Positions 34,886-47,418 of a stretch of DNA of 64,000 nucleotides are shown piece by piece. The first letter of the stretch is position 1. Each line of letters begins with the position of its first letter. A model generated the notes under the pieces. That model searched no databases and was not told where the DNA came from. It was given only the letters and a program-made list of their open reading frames with translations. This stretch comes from Felis catus (Eukaryota), in NCBI RefSeq assembly GCF_018350175.1, contig NC_058368.1:174718001-174782000 (forward strand). Direction: 5' to 3'. The translations under genes were made by a program, and so were the position numbers.

Positions 34886-35227
34886 TGCCTTAGTCCTTGT
34901 GGGTTGCTAGAACAAATTGCCACAGACAGGGGGTGCTTACACCGCACACATTTACTTCTCATACTTCTGGAGGCTGGGAAGTCGAAGATTAAGGTGCCAG
35001 CGGACCTGGTGACTGGTGAGGATCTTCTAGGTCTGCTGTCTTTTCTTTGTAGTGGAGAACAGAGAGAAGAAACAGGCTCTTTCGTGTTTTTCATAGGGGC
35101 GCTCGTCCCATTCATGAGGACCCCACCCTCGCGACCTCATCTAATTGCAATCACTTCCCAAAGTTCCCCTCACATTGGATTCCAATGTATGAATTTTGAG
35201 GGAGACACAGCCATTCAGTCCACAACA
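34886..35227 (-). mobile_element. MLT1A-like MaLR solo LTR
   Basis: TGCCTTAGTC...TTCTGGAGGCTGGGAAGTCGAAGATTAAGGTGCCAGC...ATGAATTTTGAGGGAGACACAGCCATTCAGTCCACAACA. Confidence 0.9.
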
Positions 35228-35229
35228 GA

Positions 35230-35645
35230 AATAATCTCAGGTAGGAACGAAATCTCAGACGCACGGGATGCTCCTCAAAGTATCATCTTTAAACGGGAGA
35301 AAAAAAGGAAAACACCTGACATAGGAGTAAAACCATGAAGTGATAGGATGAAATACTGAACGACCGTTAAAAACATTTCCTAAAACAACTTTGTGGTGAC
35401 AGGGACAAACGTTCCTTGAGGTAACGTTAAGTTAAAAAGTCAGAAAATACGACTGTATGTGCAAATACGTACTCAGAGCTGTATTTTTTAAAAGATGTAC
35501 ACGCACATTGGATACAAAGCCTAAGCAGTGCTTGTCTTATTATCTTTGGGATCGAGGGTAATTTCTGTTTCGTTCTTTGTTCTATCAGGTATTTTGCATG
35601 ATTTCTATGCAAGGACATGCTTAAGTTTTGTAGTTAGGGAAACAA
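35230..35645 (+). mobile_element. Ancient L1ME-like 3' fragment
   Basis: GATGAAATACTGAACGACCGTTAAAA, GTTAAGTTAAAAAGTCAGAAAATAC, TTTCTATGCAAGGACATGCTTAAGTTTTGTA. Confidence 0.55.
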
Positions 35646-35806
35646 AGAGAAGGCATTTGAAAGAATAATAGCATTTGCCCTTCTGATTCCTTACTCTGCC
35701 AGGGGCTGGACGAGGAGATGAATAATCCACGAAGAATGTTTACAGTGAGACCATTATTTTTTTAGATTTTTCTTTTTTGCTGTAACAGAGCTCAATTTTA
35801 TTTTTT

Positions 35807-36024
35807 TGTAAATTTTTTTTTCAACGTTTGTTTATTTTTGGGACAGAGAGAGACAGAGCATGAACGGGCGAGGGGCAGAGAGAGAGGGAGACACAGAATC
35901 GGAAACAGGCTCCAGGTTCTGAGCCATCAGCCCAGAGCCCGACGCGGGGCTCGAACTCCCGGACCGCGAGATCGTGACATGGCTGAAGTCGGACGCTTAA
36001 CCGACTGCGCCACCCAGGCGCCCC
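35807..36024 (-). mobile_element. SINEC_Fc CAN-SINE, young type
   Basis: Perfect TSD GCTCAATTTTATTTTTT. Confidence 0.97.
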
Positions 36025-36116
36025 GCTCAATTTTATTTTTTAAGGAACCCAGAGAGAAGGAGATTATAGAAGGAAGACAAATCTTAGGTGCCGTGATATT
36101 TTAAGAGTGAAGACAG

Positions 36117-36490
36117 ATATTCATTCATTCAGCACATGTGTATCGTGGGCTTGCATATGTCAGAAGCGGTCCTAAGGGCTGAGGACAGAGGAAACCCAGC
36201 AAGCACTGTGTCTAAGGAACCGACACAGTTCCAAGTGTCGAGTGACAGGAAGAAACCCACAGCTTTCGAATAGAGCTGTGAGCTGTAAGGGGAATAAAAT
36301 AGGTGATGGAGTAGAGGATGCAGAGGTAATGGAGTAGAGCCAATGCAGGATTGGCTGTGACTAGAGCGTCTCTGGGGAGGGGACAGCTGGGCTAAGATCC
36401 GCAGGGTGCAGAGGAGCCAACCACAGAAAACCCAGGGCAGGGAACTCCGGGCAGAGGAGTGGCAGGTGCCAAGGTCCTGTGGTGGGAGGA
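36117..36490 (-). mobile_element. L2 3' fragment
   Basis: ATTCATTCATTCAGCACATGTGTATCG...GGGAACTCCGGGCAGAGGAGTGGCAGGTGCCAAGGTCCTGTGGTGGGA. Confidence 0.8.
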
Positions 36491-37391
36491 GCACAGGGGT
36501 GCTCAGACTGTTCCACTGTGAACCCCCCAGCGGGCAGCCGCCTGCACCTCTCCACGCTGCACCAGGCACACTGGCACTGGTTGCGGGAACTCCACTCTGG
36601 CTCCCCATGCATTTTCAATGCCCTTGACCTCTTCTACAGACAAGAGGACAGAGTGGCGGGAAACCAGTACCGCTGCGGGGACCTTCCTGTGCTCAGACCT
36701 TGCAGAACACCCTACCTGTAGCCAGTTTCCTGCCAGGTGGTGGAGGCTGACCAGACCCTAAACGAATGTGGCAACCACCCAGTCACTAGCGGCCAAACTC
36801 AACTGTTGGATTCTAGGCCGACGAGGACACCGTGGGCACAGAGCTGCACGGCTCCTGCCCTGGGTGCCCACGGGGCTCAGCCTGTCCCGTCAGCCCCTCT
36901 GAATGTTCTTTCTAGCACCTTCCAGCACCAGCGGTTTACGTCTTTACCTGTGGGTGTGTTTGTGGCTCCCTCGTGCAGGGCCACGTATTCCCACAGTATC
37001 CTCAACCCCTAGCAGGTGCCTGACCCAGGGCAGTCCCTCTACGGGCAAAGATGACAGTTTGCTAACAGCCTCCGTTGTCTGCATTGTTTTGAAAGAGAAA
37101 ACGACACAAGAAACTTCCATCTGAAGTAAAAAAACAAAATGTGTGTCCAACGAGCTAGTTTGAAGGAAGAGGGAATGGAGCACCCATCCTGCGTCAGCCG
37201 CTTGCCTTGCAAAGTCCCCCTGGCCCTTCGTGTGCCTCTGCAAGGCGACATTGCACTCGCCAGGTGACGTGTTTCCCTTAGCTCAGCACTCCGGTGGGGT
37301 CTCACTCGTGCCCCGAGAGCTGTGCTCCCCACTCAGCCTGCCAGCCTCCGATGCAGGAGGTCACTGTGGGATCAGAACCCCAAATCCCACT

Positions 37392-37594
37392 TAAAAATTT
37401 TTTTTAATGATTATTTATTTCTGAGAGACAGAGAGAGACAGAGCGCGAGCAGGGGAGGGGCGGAGAGAGGGGGAGACACAGAATGGGAAGCAGGCTCCAG
37501 GCTCCGAGCTGTCAGCACAGAGACTGACGCGGGGCTCGAACTCACAGACCACGCGATCGTGGCCTGAGCCAAAGTCAGATGCTTACCGGACTTT
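37392..37594 (-). mobile_element. SINEC_Fc CAN-SINE, 5'-truncated
   Basis: Antisense body stops after GATGCTTACCGGACT; the GAGCCACCCAGGCGCCCC head is missing. Confidence 0.93.
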
Positions 37595-38846
37595 TCAGTT
37601 CAAAAGCCAGTGATAAGTACAAAGCAGAACAGTTGTGGTGATGCACATTTGGAAATCCAATTTCCCAGCCCCCCCAGACTGCAGAAGACACTGCACGGGC
37701 TGGAGGAAGGAAGGGAGAGTAAGGATGGTAAGGGGGGGGGGGTGAGCCGCAGGGACCGGAGCATCCCCTCCACCACCAGGACAAGGTCAGGGGGGGCTCA
37801 CGGAGGCCGGGCTAGGGCTGCACAGGGGCCGGTCTCTGTTTGAGGGCACACTGGCCTTTGCCTTCACGGAGGACACTCAAGCCTTCTCAGCCACATCTGG
37901 GGAGGGCCATTGTCACTGAAGACAAAGATGGATCCTAGAAGGTGGGGGGGGGGGACCAAAAACACAGGATCAAGGAGGGAGAGTACGAAATGAGTTCAAG
38001 ATCTCCCAGGAGTGGGATGTTCCCCTTCCGTTATGCCCATTTTGCAGATCTGAAAAATGGGACTCAGAATTCTAGGTTAAATGTTTGTACCGGGGCAGAC
38101 GATGATGGAAGAAAGTTTGAACGCACGTTTCTTGGACTCCAGGGTTCCTGAACTTTCCACATCACCCGATGAACTGCATGCAGAGGTGCCACTGATCCAA
38201 ATCTTATTTCCTACCCAGTCGCAAGTGGCCCTAGTGGCCAGTGAGGAGCCAAGAACCAGAGTCCCCAGAGGGATGTGCCTGTGGTTCCCGCGTGCGACCA
38301 CTGGAGGGCGTCGGCAGCCCACGGCCACCCAGGCCCATCTTTCCAGGTGGGGCTCCCGCTGGCCGCGCCCTCACTGCAAGTTGAGAGCTCGCCCCTTTCC
38401 TGCCTTCCCCCCTGTGTTCCAGGGTCTAGTCCGCAGCCCACCGCCCAGCAGGTGTGAGTTAAGACTTGCTGGGGAACCGGGTGGACCTTTTGAGCCCCCA
38501 TTGTCAAGTCGTAAATTAAGATCGAATTGCTCCGACCTTGGCCTGGGCCCACCCCCTCAGCAGCACCTGGGGTGGGCTTTCGCACGCAGACTCTCAGCCT
38601 GGTACCAGCAGTTGGTAGGAAGCTTCTGCGGAGCTCTGGTCCCAAGGCAGGGTGGGGTGGGGGGGAGGCATAGCTAACAAGCAGCCCCCCTTACAGAGTG
38701 AGGCTCTCCTATTTTGGGTATCAGTTGCGTCACAGAGCATGACCCCCGAACCCCAAGAATCAGGTGCTTCACGAGGGGATTCTTCTTGACGACATTCCCA
38801 GCCAGACTTCCAAGGTCCCTGAGTCGGGATTTACAGAGCAGCTACC

Positions 38847-38935
38847 AGAGGATGCCACTCTTGACTTGGGGGTTCTGTGTTTGAGCCCCACGTTGCGCGT
38901 GGAGACTACTTAAAAAAATTTTTTTTTAATAAAAA
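38847..38935 (+). mobile_element. Truncated short CAN-SINE (SINEC_c type)
   Basis: CACTCTTGACTTGGGGG...TTTGAGCCCCACGTTG...GGAGACTACTTAAAAA. Confidence 0.8.
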
Positions 38936-38946
38936 AAAAGAAATCA

Positions 38947-39162
38947 GGGGCGCCTGGGTGGCGCAGTCGGTTAAGCGTCCGACTTCAGCCAGGTCACGAT
39001 CTCGCGGTCCGGGAGTTCGAGCCCCGCCTCAGGCTCTGGGCTGATGGCTCAGAGCCTGGAGCCTGTTTCCGATTCTGTGTCTCCCTCTCTCTCTGCCCCT
39101 CCCCCGTTCATGCTCTGTCTCTCTCTGTCCCAAAAATGAATAAACGTTGAAAAAAAAAATTA
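38947..39162 (+). mobile_element. SINEC_Fc CAN-SINE, young type, in the tail of the older SINE
   Basis: TSD AAAAAAAAAGAAATCA. Confidence 0.97.
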
Positions 39163-40129
39163 AAAAAAAAAGAAATCAAAGGAAGTTTTCTTTGGAATCA
39201 GAAGCAGAGGCAAATCAGTAACTGCTCAGTGATGCCCTCCTACTTATAACATGTCCCAACTCCTTAGTGTCCAGGGGTCTCCTTTCTAGAACATTCCAAT
39301 CGAGCCATTCCCATTTCTGCAGCATAAAGCGGGCAGAGGCACAGGCCGCTTCACCCACAAGGAAAACATAGGTCTCGTATATTCTGAGTTTCGGATTTAC
39401 TCTGAGCTTTCAGGAGAGGAGCTCAGGAAAGGCAGAGCCTCAGTGGTGGAAAAGAATGAGAGAGGGGAAGAGAGAGTGAGTGCGAGGGAAGAACTGGAGA
39501 CGAGCAGGCAAAAGGGGGTGACGGGGTCTGAGCCGAGTGGGAAGCATTTGGAATGAAACCTCTGTGGTGGGGTGAATTCTGGAGCTATGCCTCCAAGCCC
39601 TTGTGACTCAGGGGGACGGGGGACAAGGAGAGGTAACAGAACACGGAAACAGAGCCAGGCTTGAGATAAAGGCACTGGCCGCCGTCACCACTGAGAAGAG
39701 ACCCACACCTTCCCTTCTGCAGCCCCACTCCCAGCAGCCACCCGAGGCAAAGTGCATACACAGCAGGGAGTGTAAGAGTAGTCTGGTATCTTGAGTTGGT
39801 TCGTGCACTTTGCTGGATTGTTTTTTACTCATTGCTAGGCTGCTTCAAGGAAACAGGATACACTGAAGTAGTTGGAATATTCGGGCACTAGAAAATGTCC
39901 TTGAGAACTCTTCAAATATCAAAGGGCAGTTAGACGGGGTTGAGGTGGAATCTAGTGGGTATAAATTATGGAGAAGCAGAATTAAACACCAAAAAAATTT
40001 CAATTCGACCAAATTCACTGAGCATCTCTGTGACTCTAAGCTGGTGTTGGCCCATCCCTGATAATTTTGAGGTGACTTTAGAGGGTATGTTGATGAACAT
40101 TTTTTTTAAGGGTCATGAGCTTACTCTAA

Positions 40130-40563
40130 TAAGAGTTGAACTTTCAGCCTTGTCTGTACCGTGGTAATACAAAGTTTTATGTTTCAGTGAATTTATCTGT
40201 ATTTTATTTTATTTTGTTTTATTTTTTATTTTTTATTTATTTATTTTTTTTGAGACAGAGAGAGACAGAGCATGCACGGGGGAGGGGCAGAGAGAGAGGG
40301 AGACACAGAATCGGAAGCAGGCTCCAGGCTCTGAGCCGTCAGCCCAGAGCCCGACGCGGGGCTCGAACTCACGGACCGAGAGATCGTGACCTGAGCGGAA
40401 GTCGGACGCTCAACCGACTGAGCCACCCAGGCGCCCCGAATTTATCTGTATTTTAAAGTTAACTGGTTTAAGGGAACATTAAGTAGATAAGATTAAAGGT
40501 GGCATACAGAAAGTGCGAAAATGTGAAGACAGCAAAAAGATGGACAAATTTTGGGAAGCACTG
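40130..40563 (-). mobile_element. MER113-like (hAT-Charlie) fragment split by a SINE
   Basis: GGTAATACAAAGTTT...ATTAAGTAGATAA...AGGTGGCATACAGA...AAATTTTGGGAAGCACTG (Charlie-type terminus). Confidence 0.6.
40206..40437 (-). mobile_element. SINEC_Fc CAN-SINE
   Basis: Perfect TSD GAATTTATCTGTATTTT. Confidence 0.97.
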
Positions 40564-40597
40564 ACCTGTTGGCATTGACTTGTGACCAACTAGTAGC

Positions 40598-41057
40598 TGT
40601 GGGACCTGTCCTGTCGGTGGCCCCCAAGAAGAGACGCCTCTCAGTACTCACACTTTTGTGTAGCCCTGGGACTTGCCCCATAGAATCCAGTAGAAGTGAT
40701 GCTGGGTCCATTCCAAGCCTAAGCTCTAAGGAAGCTTGGTAGATTCCACTTTCAGACTCTCAGGAGCCACGATCTCCGGAGGAGAAGTCTGGGTGTGCTG
40801 TTGGGGAGACCAGTGAAGGACCTCAGGAGAGCTCACGTGCAAAGGAGAGGTCCTACCTGGAAAAAAGAGAGGAGCCCTGCATCCCAGCGTCCTAGCTGAA
40901 CCCAGCCCCCAGCCAACCCACCCGCTGATGGTGCTTGAACTACCCAGCCAAGTCCAGCCCCCCCTGCAGCGCTGTGTGCAATTACAAATGGCCGTTGTAT
41001 TAAGCCACTAAGTTCTGAAATGGCGTGTCGCACAATCATAGGTGAAAGCTGGGGACG
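40598..41057 (+). mobile_element. MLT1F/G-like MaLR solo LTR
   Basis: TGTGG...GGTGGCCCCCAA...TACTCACACTTTTGTGTAGCCC...AGAAGTGATGCTG...GTTGTATTAAGCCACTAAGTTCTG. Confidence 0.8.
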
Positions 41058-41315
41058 TTCTGCTCCATGGGGTCATTCAGGCATTCGGGATCCTTTCATA
41101 CAGTGGCTCTGCCACCTTCTAAGGCCTCAGAGCACTGACTCAAATCCTTTACACAGATAAGGGGAGAGGGACGGTGTAAAGGATCATGCAGGATATTTGG
41201 GGCACCGAGCCTGAACAGGGGCCCCCCCGAAATTAAAGGGGACTAGAATTCGTGATTGAACGGTGTGACCAGGGTAAAGAGAAGCACAGATCTGGAGATC
41301 CCTACCCTCTCTCAC

Positions 41316-41319
<4 letters not shown>

Positions 41320-41350
<31 letters not shown>
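41320..41350. repeat. (CA)15 microsatellite
   Basis: Pure CA run. Confidence 0.97.
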
Positions 41351-41351
<1 letters not shown>

Positions 41352-41721
41352 CCTAATAACATAGTACAGTGACTATTATGCTATAATATGAATAAATTCA
41401 GGTTTGGGGGACCGTGAAAAAAGAGAAATTAACTTTGCATAGAGCCTTACAGCCAGCCAGTATAATGCATGGAGCGGTAGCAGCATTTGACCTGGGCTTT
41501 GAAGGGTGCCTAGGAGTTTGTCAGCCAGAAGGGGAAGGTGCATTGAGGCAGAGGGCGGAAGATCACGAAAAAACACGTTATGTGCAGAAAGCAATGAAGG
41601 AAACAGAGCCACCAAATGAATGACACTAAGTTTGGATGACCTTGTTTGATGCCTCTGAGTACGGCTGCACTAGAGGACCCCTGAGCCTTTTAGTTATGTG
41701 AACTTTTAGGTTTAGGCCATT

Positions 41722-41933
41722 TAAAAAAATTTTTTTTAATGTTTTATTTATTTTTAAGACAGAGAGAGACAGAGCATGAGTGGGGATGGGGCAGAGAGAG
41801 AGGGAGACACAGAATCTGAAGCAGGCTCCAGGCTCCGAGCTGTCAGCACAGAGCCCCACGAGGGGCTCGAACTCCCGAACCGGGAGATGATGACCCGAAC
41901 TGAAGTCTGATGCTTAACGGACTGAGCCACCCC
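41722..41933 (-). mobile_element. SINEC_Fc CAN-SINE
   Basis: Antisense SINE; extreme 5' end degraded after GAGCCACCC. Confidence 0.94.
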
Positions 41934-42482
41934 TGAACCTTGAGGAGCCAGTCAGATTCTTTCCGATCAGGACAGGAGCTAGGAGACACAAAATCTCCAG
42001 GGAGGCCTTGAGAAGCCCGCAACTGGGACGCGGCACCTGTTTTTCCCCAAGTGCGAGCTGGAAAGGTGGCAGTGGGAAACGCATCTTCAGAGAAAGGCTG
42101 GAGAAGAGAACAGATCAGCAGAGAAGCCACATAGCCCGGGATGGAGACGAAGGGAGGGGTGGCCCCATGACTCACTTCCCATGAGACCCAATTCATCTCC
42201 TGCTTTTGTTTGCCGTGACACTTCCTTTAACCTACTAAGAAACCACCTTTTGTCAGATAATCCAGCAGGCTGCTGTTCTTTGCAAAACTATCGAGTCCTG
42301 GCCGACATTGAGAAAACAATAATTTATTGGGGCCATTGCAAAAATAATAATATGCCACCATAATGTCATAATATCAAAGTATGACCACGAAGCAAATTGA
42401 GGGTAAAAATATCTTATGTGCATGTTATGTAGACTAAATGAGGTTATCCATGAAATGCATAGTTCCTGGCCCTTATTAGGTG

Positions 42483-42588
42483 CACACACACACACACGCA
42501 TATATTGCACACATACACACACATGCATGCGTATGTGTATGTGATGCATGTGTGTGTGTATATTTATATTTATATTTATATTTATATA
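42483..42588. repeat. Compound (CA)n / (TG)n / (TATATT)n simple repeat
   Basis: CA runs, then TG runs, then TATATT hexamers. Confidence 0.9.
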
Positions 42589-43879
42589 AAATCATCATTA
42601 TTCTTCCTACAGCCTCTGGACACACACACGCATGAGTGCGTCACTTTACTGAGGTTGAGTAGAGAACGGGAGAGAATGGGAGTAGGGGGTTTACCTTGCC
42701 CGGTCTGCTCCCGCCAACTTCAAACCCCCATGACACATTCTCTCCTCCAAGACCCTTTCTGGCCGTGGCCCCACCAAGTATTTCTTTCTCTGCCTTCCCC
42801 TGAGAAGGCCCCAGAGGCGTTACTTTTCTCGCCCTTCAGAATTCTCAGCTCCACTCCAAATTTTCATAACCAGATCCATCTGGGTCCTCAGCAGACCAAA
42901 GGGCCCTGCCCTGTAGGTGTTCGTTATATGGCACAGCTTGCCTTCTATGCTACCGGTGGTCACCATGTTTGAGCAGGCACCGTGCCAGCTCCAGTGACCC
43001 AGGGCGTTTGCTGTTAGCCTGAAGGCAAATGCAACCTTGCCAAGAGGCTGACCGGACAGACATCAGCAACCATCAAGGGCCAGGGTCTAATTCAGTCTCC
43101 GCGTGGCTGACGCTGTGTGACGCCGATTGGCTGTCCTTCCTCCTCCCACATCGCCCTCTCTTTCACCTCCCTTGCCTGTCTTAAGGACTCCGAAGATGTG
43201 ACATCAGGCAAATGCCAAGTTGTCAGTGAAGGAGGTGGAGCCTTAATGGAGCATTAGGACCAATCCACAGAGACTGACAAAGGGGAAAGAGGCCTGAGGC
43301 CTGTTCTAGAAGGGAGATATTCTGTCTCCAACAAAGAGGAGAAGTCTGGCAGGAGAGGGGGAGTGGAGAAGCTCAGAGGAATCCTTCTAATGTACTAGAT
43401 GTGTCCTGACACGTCGTGTGTCTGATTCTCCACAAAGATCCAAGACAAGTTAAATGAGCCCGATGAACAGGAAGTGGGCATACGGCTGAGCTTTGAGACC
43501 AAGGGGGAGCTGCCAACCCACATCACAGTTGAACCAAAATGGCCCCTCCGTGACTCTTGGTCATACGTTTCGGTTAGCTTGATTTCCTGCCCACAGTCTA
43601 CAATTCTACAACACAGACATCCATCCAAACAATCATTTTATTGGCCCCAGGAACCATGAGGCACATAAGCTTTTAATCTGCTCAATACCATCGCAGACTT
43701 TTAAAAATAGATAAATCACTGATACCCACTGATGACCTCAACTTTGATCATCGCCCGAGTTGCGAGTTTGAAATTCCAATAATGCTGCCAAGCTGAGGAC
43801 GTTGGAAGGCTTTATATTGGAACAAGAAATATGTGATAAAACAGAAACACAAGCGACTGGCAAGTAAAGGAAATTAGGC

Positions 43880-44580
43880 TCGTGGAGATTGATAGTTCAG
43901 GCAACGCAAGTTTAGAAGACAAGAAAATACCATTTGCATTCAGCAGGCTAGTAAATGCTGAAGTATTCGGTAATTCCTACTTCCGGAAAGAATGTCGGGA
44001 GGCAGAAACCCTTACACTGCTGTTGTGATTGGAAATGAGTACAACCATGTTGAAAATATCTTAGCACAATCTTACCAGGCTGTAGCGGGCGTCAACTCTT
44101 TGATCCAGCCCTTCTGCCGCCGGGGGTATTCCTACTGCTGTCGTTACATAAGTTTGGACTCTAGGGAGTGGTCAGAATAAATGAGCTGGATGTACGTGCA
44201 GCAGGATGCAATGCTTCCAAAAACATACTGTGCCTAAAAATAAGAAAAAAGCATGAATTTAAAGCATAACCGAATGCATATAAATATACTAGTGACTCAG
44301 ACAACAGCGCTTGTTTGAACAGATGCGTCATGATGTGAACGAACAGCGAAGGATGGATGGGACGGACGCACGTTGCACACAAGAGGGCGGGTGCCTGGGG
44401 CGAGAACAATGGCGATGAGGAAGAGGTCAGGGAGAAACAAAAACAGAGAAAGTTAAAGAGAGGTTTCTGTGTGGGCAATAATCATGCTGGGTGGTAAATT
44501 GAGGAGCACGGTGGACCCGATCAGGTACAGCTGAGGGCTGAAAAAAGAAAAGTTAAAACGACACCAACAAAAGCTCCCAA
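43880..44580 (+). mobile_element. Ancient L1 3' fragment
   Basis: ATACCATTTGCATTCAGCAGGCTAGTAAA, TTGGAAATGAGTACAACCATGTTGAAAA, AAAACATACTGTG. Heavily diverged. Confidence 0.55.
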
Positions 44581-44607
44581 CTATTCTTGCTTATGATACA
44601 GAATACA

Positions 44608-44713
44608 GGGGCACCTGGCTGGCTCAGTCGGTAGAGCATGCAACTCTTGATCTCAGGGTTGTGAGTTCAAGCCCCATGTTGGGTGGAGAGATTGCTTTAA
44701 AAAAATCTTTAAA
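44608..44713 (+). mobile_element. Short CAN-SINE (SINEC_c type)
   Basis: GGGGCACCTGGCTGGCTCAGTCGGTAGAGCATGCAACTCTTGATCTCAGGGTTGTGAGTTCAAGCCCCATGTTGGGTG. Confidence 0.93.
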
Positions 44714-44941
44714 TTTTTTTTTAATGTTTATTTATTTTTGAGAGCAGGAGAGAGAGAGAGACAGAGCATGAGCAGGAGAGGGGCAGAGAGAAAGGGAGAC
44801 ACAGAATCGGATGCAGGCTCCAGGCTCTGAGCCGTCAGCACAGAGCCCGATGAGGGGCTCGAGCTCACAAGCCTTCAAGCTGTGAGATCATGACCTGAGC
44901 CGAAGTCGGCCGCTTAACCAACTGAGCCACCCAGGAACCCC
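44714..44941 (-). mobile_element. SINEC_Fc CAN-SINE inserted antisense in the tail of the previous SINE
   Basis: TSD AAAAAATC(C)TTTAAA. Confidence 0.95.
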
Positions 44942-44997
44942 TAAAAAATCCTTTAAAAAGGTGATACGAACTACACAGGCTCAATAATGTTATCTGA

Positions 44998-45143
44998 GGG
45001 ACACTTGGGTGACTCAGTCGGCTCAGATCGTGATCTCACGGTTCATGGGTTCGAGCCCTGTGCCAGGCTCTGGGCTGACAGCACGGAGCCTGCTTGGGAT
45101 TCTCTCTCTCCCTCTCTCTCTGCCCCTTTCCTGCTTGTGCTTG

Positions 45144-45177
<34 letters not shown>

Positions 45178-45194
45178 TAAATAAACATTAAAAA
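44998..45194 (+). mobile_element. CAN-SINE with internal head deletion
   Basis: TSD AATAATGTTA(T/A)CTGA; TCAGTCGG joins directly to CTCAG (about 18 nt lost between TCGG repeats). Confidence 0.94.
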
Positions 45195-45661
45195 AATAAT
45201 GTTAACTGAAACATTTGTCATAATAGCAATAAGTTCAAGAAGTTGTAAATGTCCACTGGTAGGGTAAAGATGAAATGAATTAGCTTGTATCCATTTAACA
45301 GCATATTTCAATGAAGCCTTGAAAAATAATGAGGTGATTCTATGTGACCTAATGTGGAATTTTGTCTAAGACTTATAGTGAAATTGTGAAAACCATATGA
45401 TGGTATAAAAGGAGACGATCATAGGTGACTTGGGCATTTATTCTTTGTGCTGCTAATAGCTTGGTAAGAATGCTGACCCAGTTAAGTCTGATTTTAAAGT
45501 CGGTGGAAAAAATAGGCTGATTCCAGCCACCCAGCCAAAGAGGTTCCCCATTTACACAAAAGACTATTTCTTTGACAATGATGGTCCCTTTGTTCCATGG
45601 TCACCTAGATGTTCCCTGCTCCCGTTTCTATAAATGTGGTAGAATAGTTTAGAATACTTTA

Positions 45662-45891
45662 GGGGCGCCTGGGTGGCACAGTCGGTTAAGCGTCTGACTT
45701 CAGCCAGGTCACGATCTCGCGGTCCGTGAGTTCGAGCCCCGCGTTGGGCTCTGGGCTGATGGCTCAGAGCCTGGAGCCTGTTTCCGATTCTGTGTCTCCC
45801 TCTCTCTCTGCCCCTCCCCCGTTCATGCTCTGTCTCTCTCTGTCCCAAAAATAAATAAAAACGGAGAAAAAAAAAATTAAAAAAAAAAAAA
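45662..45891 (+). mobile_element. SINEC_Fc CAN-SINE, young type
   Basis: Perfect TSD AGAATACTTTA. Confidence 0.97.
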
Positions 45892-46329
45892 AGAATACTT
45901 TAGAAATATTTTAGTTCCTCTCCTGGATTCCCCCCTAAGGTGTCCTTGTCCAGTTTTGCCTGGATGAACCTCTGTGCAATTGGAATCTCAGAAGGAGAAG
46001 GGAGAGAAAATAGAGTAGAATAAATATTTGAAAAGGTAAGGGTTGGGGATTTTTCAAAAGTGATAGAAGACATCTACTACATGTCTAAAAGTCCCAAAGA
46101 ACTGCGAGCAAGATAAATATCCTTCTTACCCCACCCCCAATGCCGATGCACATCATATTGAAGCTGCTCAAAATCAAAGAAAAAGGACACCTTGAAGGCA
46201 GCTAGAGAAAAAATGTGCTCTGTAGACCATATCAAAAGCAAGGATTACAGCAAACTTCTCATCAAAAGCTGTGTAGGCCAGAAGACAATAGAATGGCATC
46301 TTTAAAGTGGCAAAGCTAAAAATGAGGCT

Positions 46330-46561
46330 GGGGCGCCTGGGTGGCTCAGTCGGTTAAGCGTCCAACTTCGGCTCAGGTCATGATCTCGCGGTCTGTGAGT
46401 TCGAGCCCCGCGTCGGGCTCTGTGCTGACAGCTCAGAGCCTGGAGCCTGCTTCCGATTCTGTGTCTCCCTCTCTCTCTGACCCTCCCCCCATTCATGCTC
46501 TGTCTCTCTCTGTCTCAAAAATAAATAAACGTGAAAAAAATTAAAAAAAAACAAAAAAAGA
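46330..46561 (+). mobile_element. SINEC_Fc CAN-SINE
   Basis: TSD AAAAA(T/C)GA(G/A)GCT. Confidence 0.97.
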
Positions 46562-46877
46562 AAAAACGAAGCTGTCAACCGAGAATTCCATTCCCAGAGG
46601 AAAAAAAGTCTTCAAAAATGAAAAAGTCAGTCTGCTTCTGGCTATGATAGAGTAACAGGGAGAGAATATACGTTCCTACCTAAAACAACTAGAACATCAA
46701 AGTATATTAAAATTGTTTTTTAAATATTGGACATTTAGCCATATCAAGTAGTCTAACATTCACATGAATGGGCTTCCAAAAGGACTATGTTGGCAGTGTA
46801 GTGGAAAGGAGCAACATAATAATATATTTGAAGAAATAATGGGCAAATGTTTCCAAGTTTGAAAACCCATAAATCTT

Positions 46878-47102
46878 GGGGCGCCTGGGTGGCGCAGTCG
46901 GTTAAGCGTCCGACTTCAGCCAGGTCACGATCTCGCGGTCCGGGAGTTTGAGCCCCGCGTCAGGCTCTGGGCTGACGGCTCGGAGCCTGGAGCCTGTTTC
47001 CGATTCTGTGTCTCCCTCTCTCTCTGCCCCTCCCCCGTTCATGCTCTGTCTCTCTCTGTCCCAAAAATAAATAAACGTTGAAAAAAAAATTAAAAAAAAA
47101 AA
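46878..47102 (+). mobile_element. SINEC_Fc CAN-SINE, young type
   Basis: Perfect TSD GAAAACCCATAAATC. Confidence 0.97.
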
Positions 47103-47200
47103 GAAAACCCATAAATCCAAGAACTTAACAAATAGCAGAATAAACAAAGAAAAACATCATTACCATATTGTTGAAAACTAACAGTAAAGATAAAATTCTT

Positions 47201-47418
47201 TTGTTTTAACTTTTTAAAATATTTATTATTGAGAGACAGAGAGAGACAGAGCATGAGCATGGGAGGGGCAGAGAGAGGAGGAGACACAGAATCCGAGGCA
47301 GGCTCCAGGCTCCGAGCTGTCAGCACAGAGCCCGACACGGGGTTCGAACTCACAAACCTCGAGATCATGACCTGAGCTGAAGTTGGACGCTTAACCGGCT
47401 GAGCCACCCAGGCGCCCC
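47201..47418 (-). mobile_element. SINEC_Fc CAN-SINE
   Basis: TSD AGATAAA(A/C)TTCTT. Confidence 0.96.

Noticed and set aside
34754..35338. 194-aa ORF
   Set aside because: Mostly the antisense strand of an MLT1A LTR.
38081..38677. 198-aa ATG-initiated ORF
   Set aside because: GC-rich, Pro/Arg-biased, overlapped by ORFs in other frames and with no recognisable homology; consistent with chance. BLASTP or PhyloCSF would settle it.
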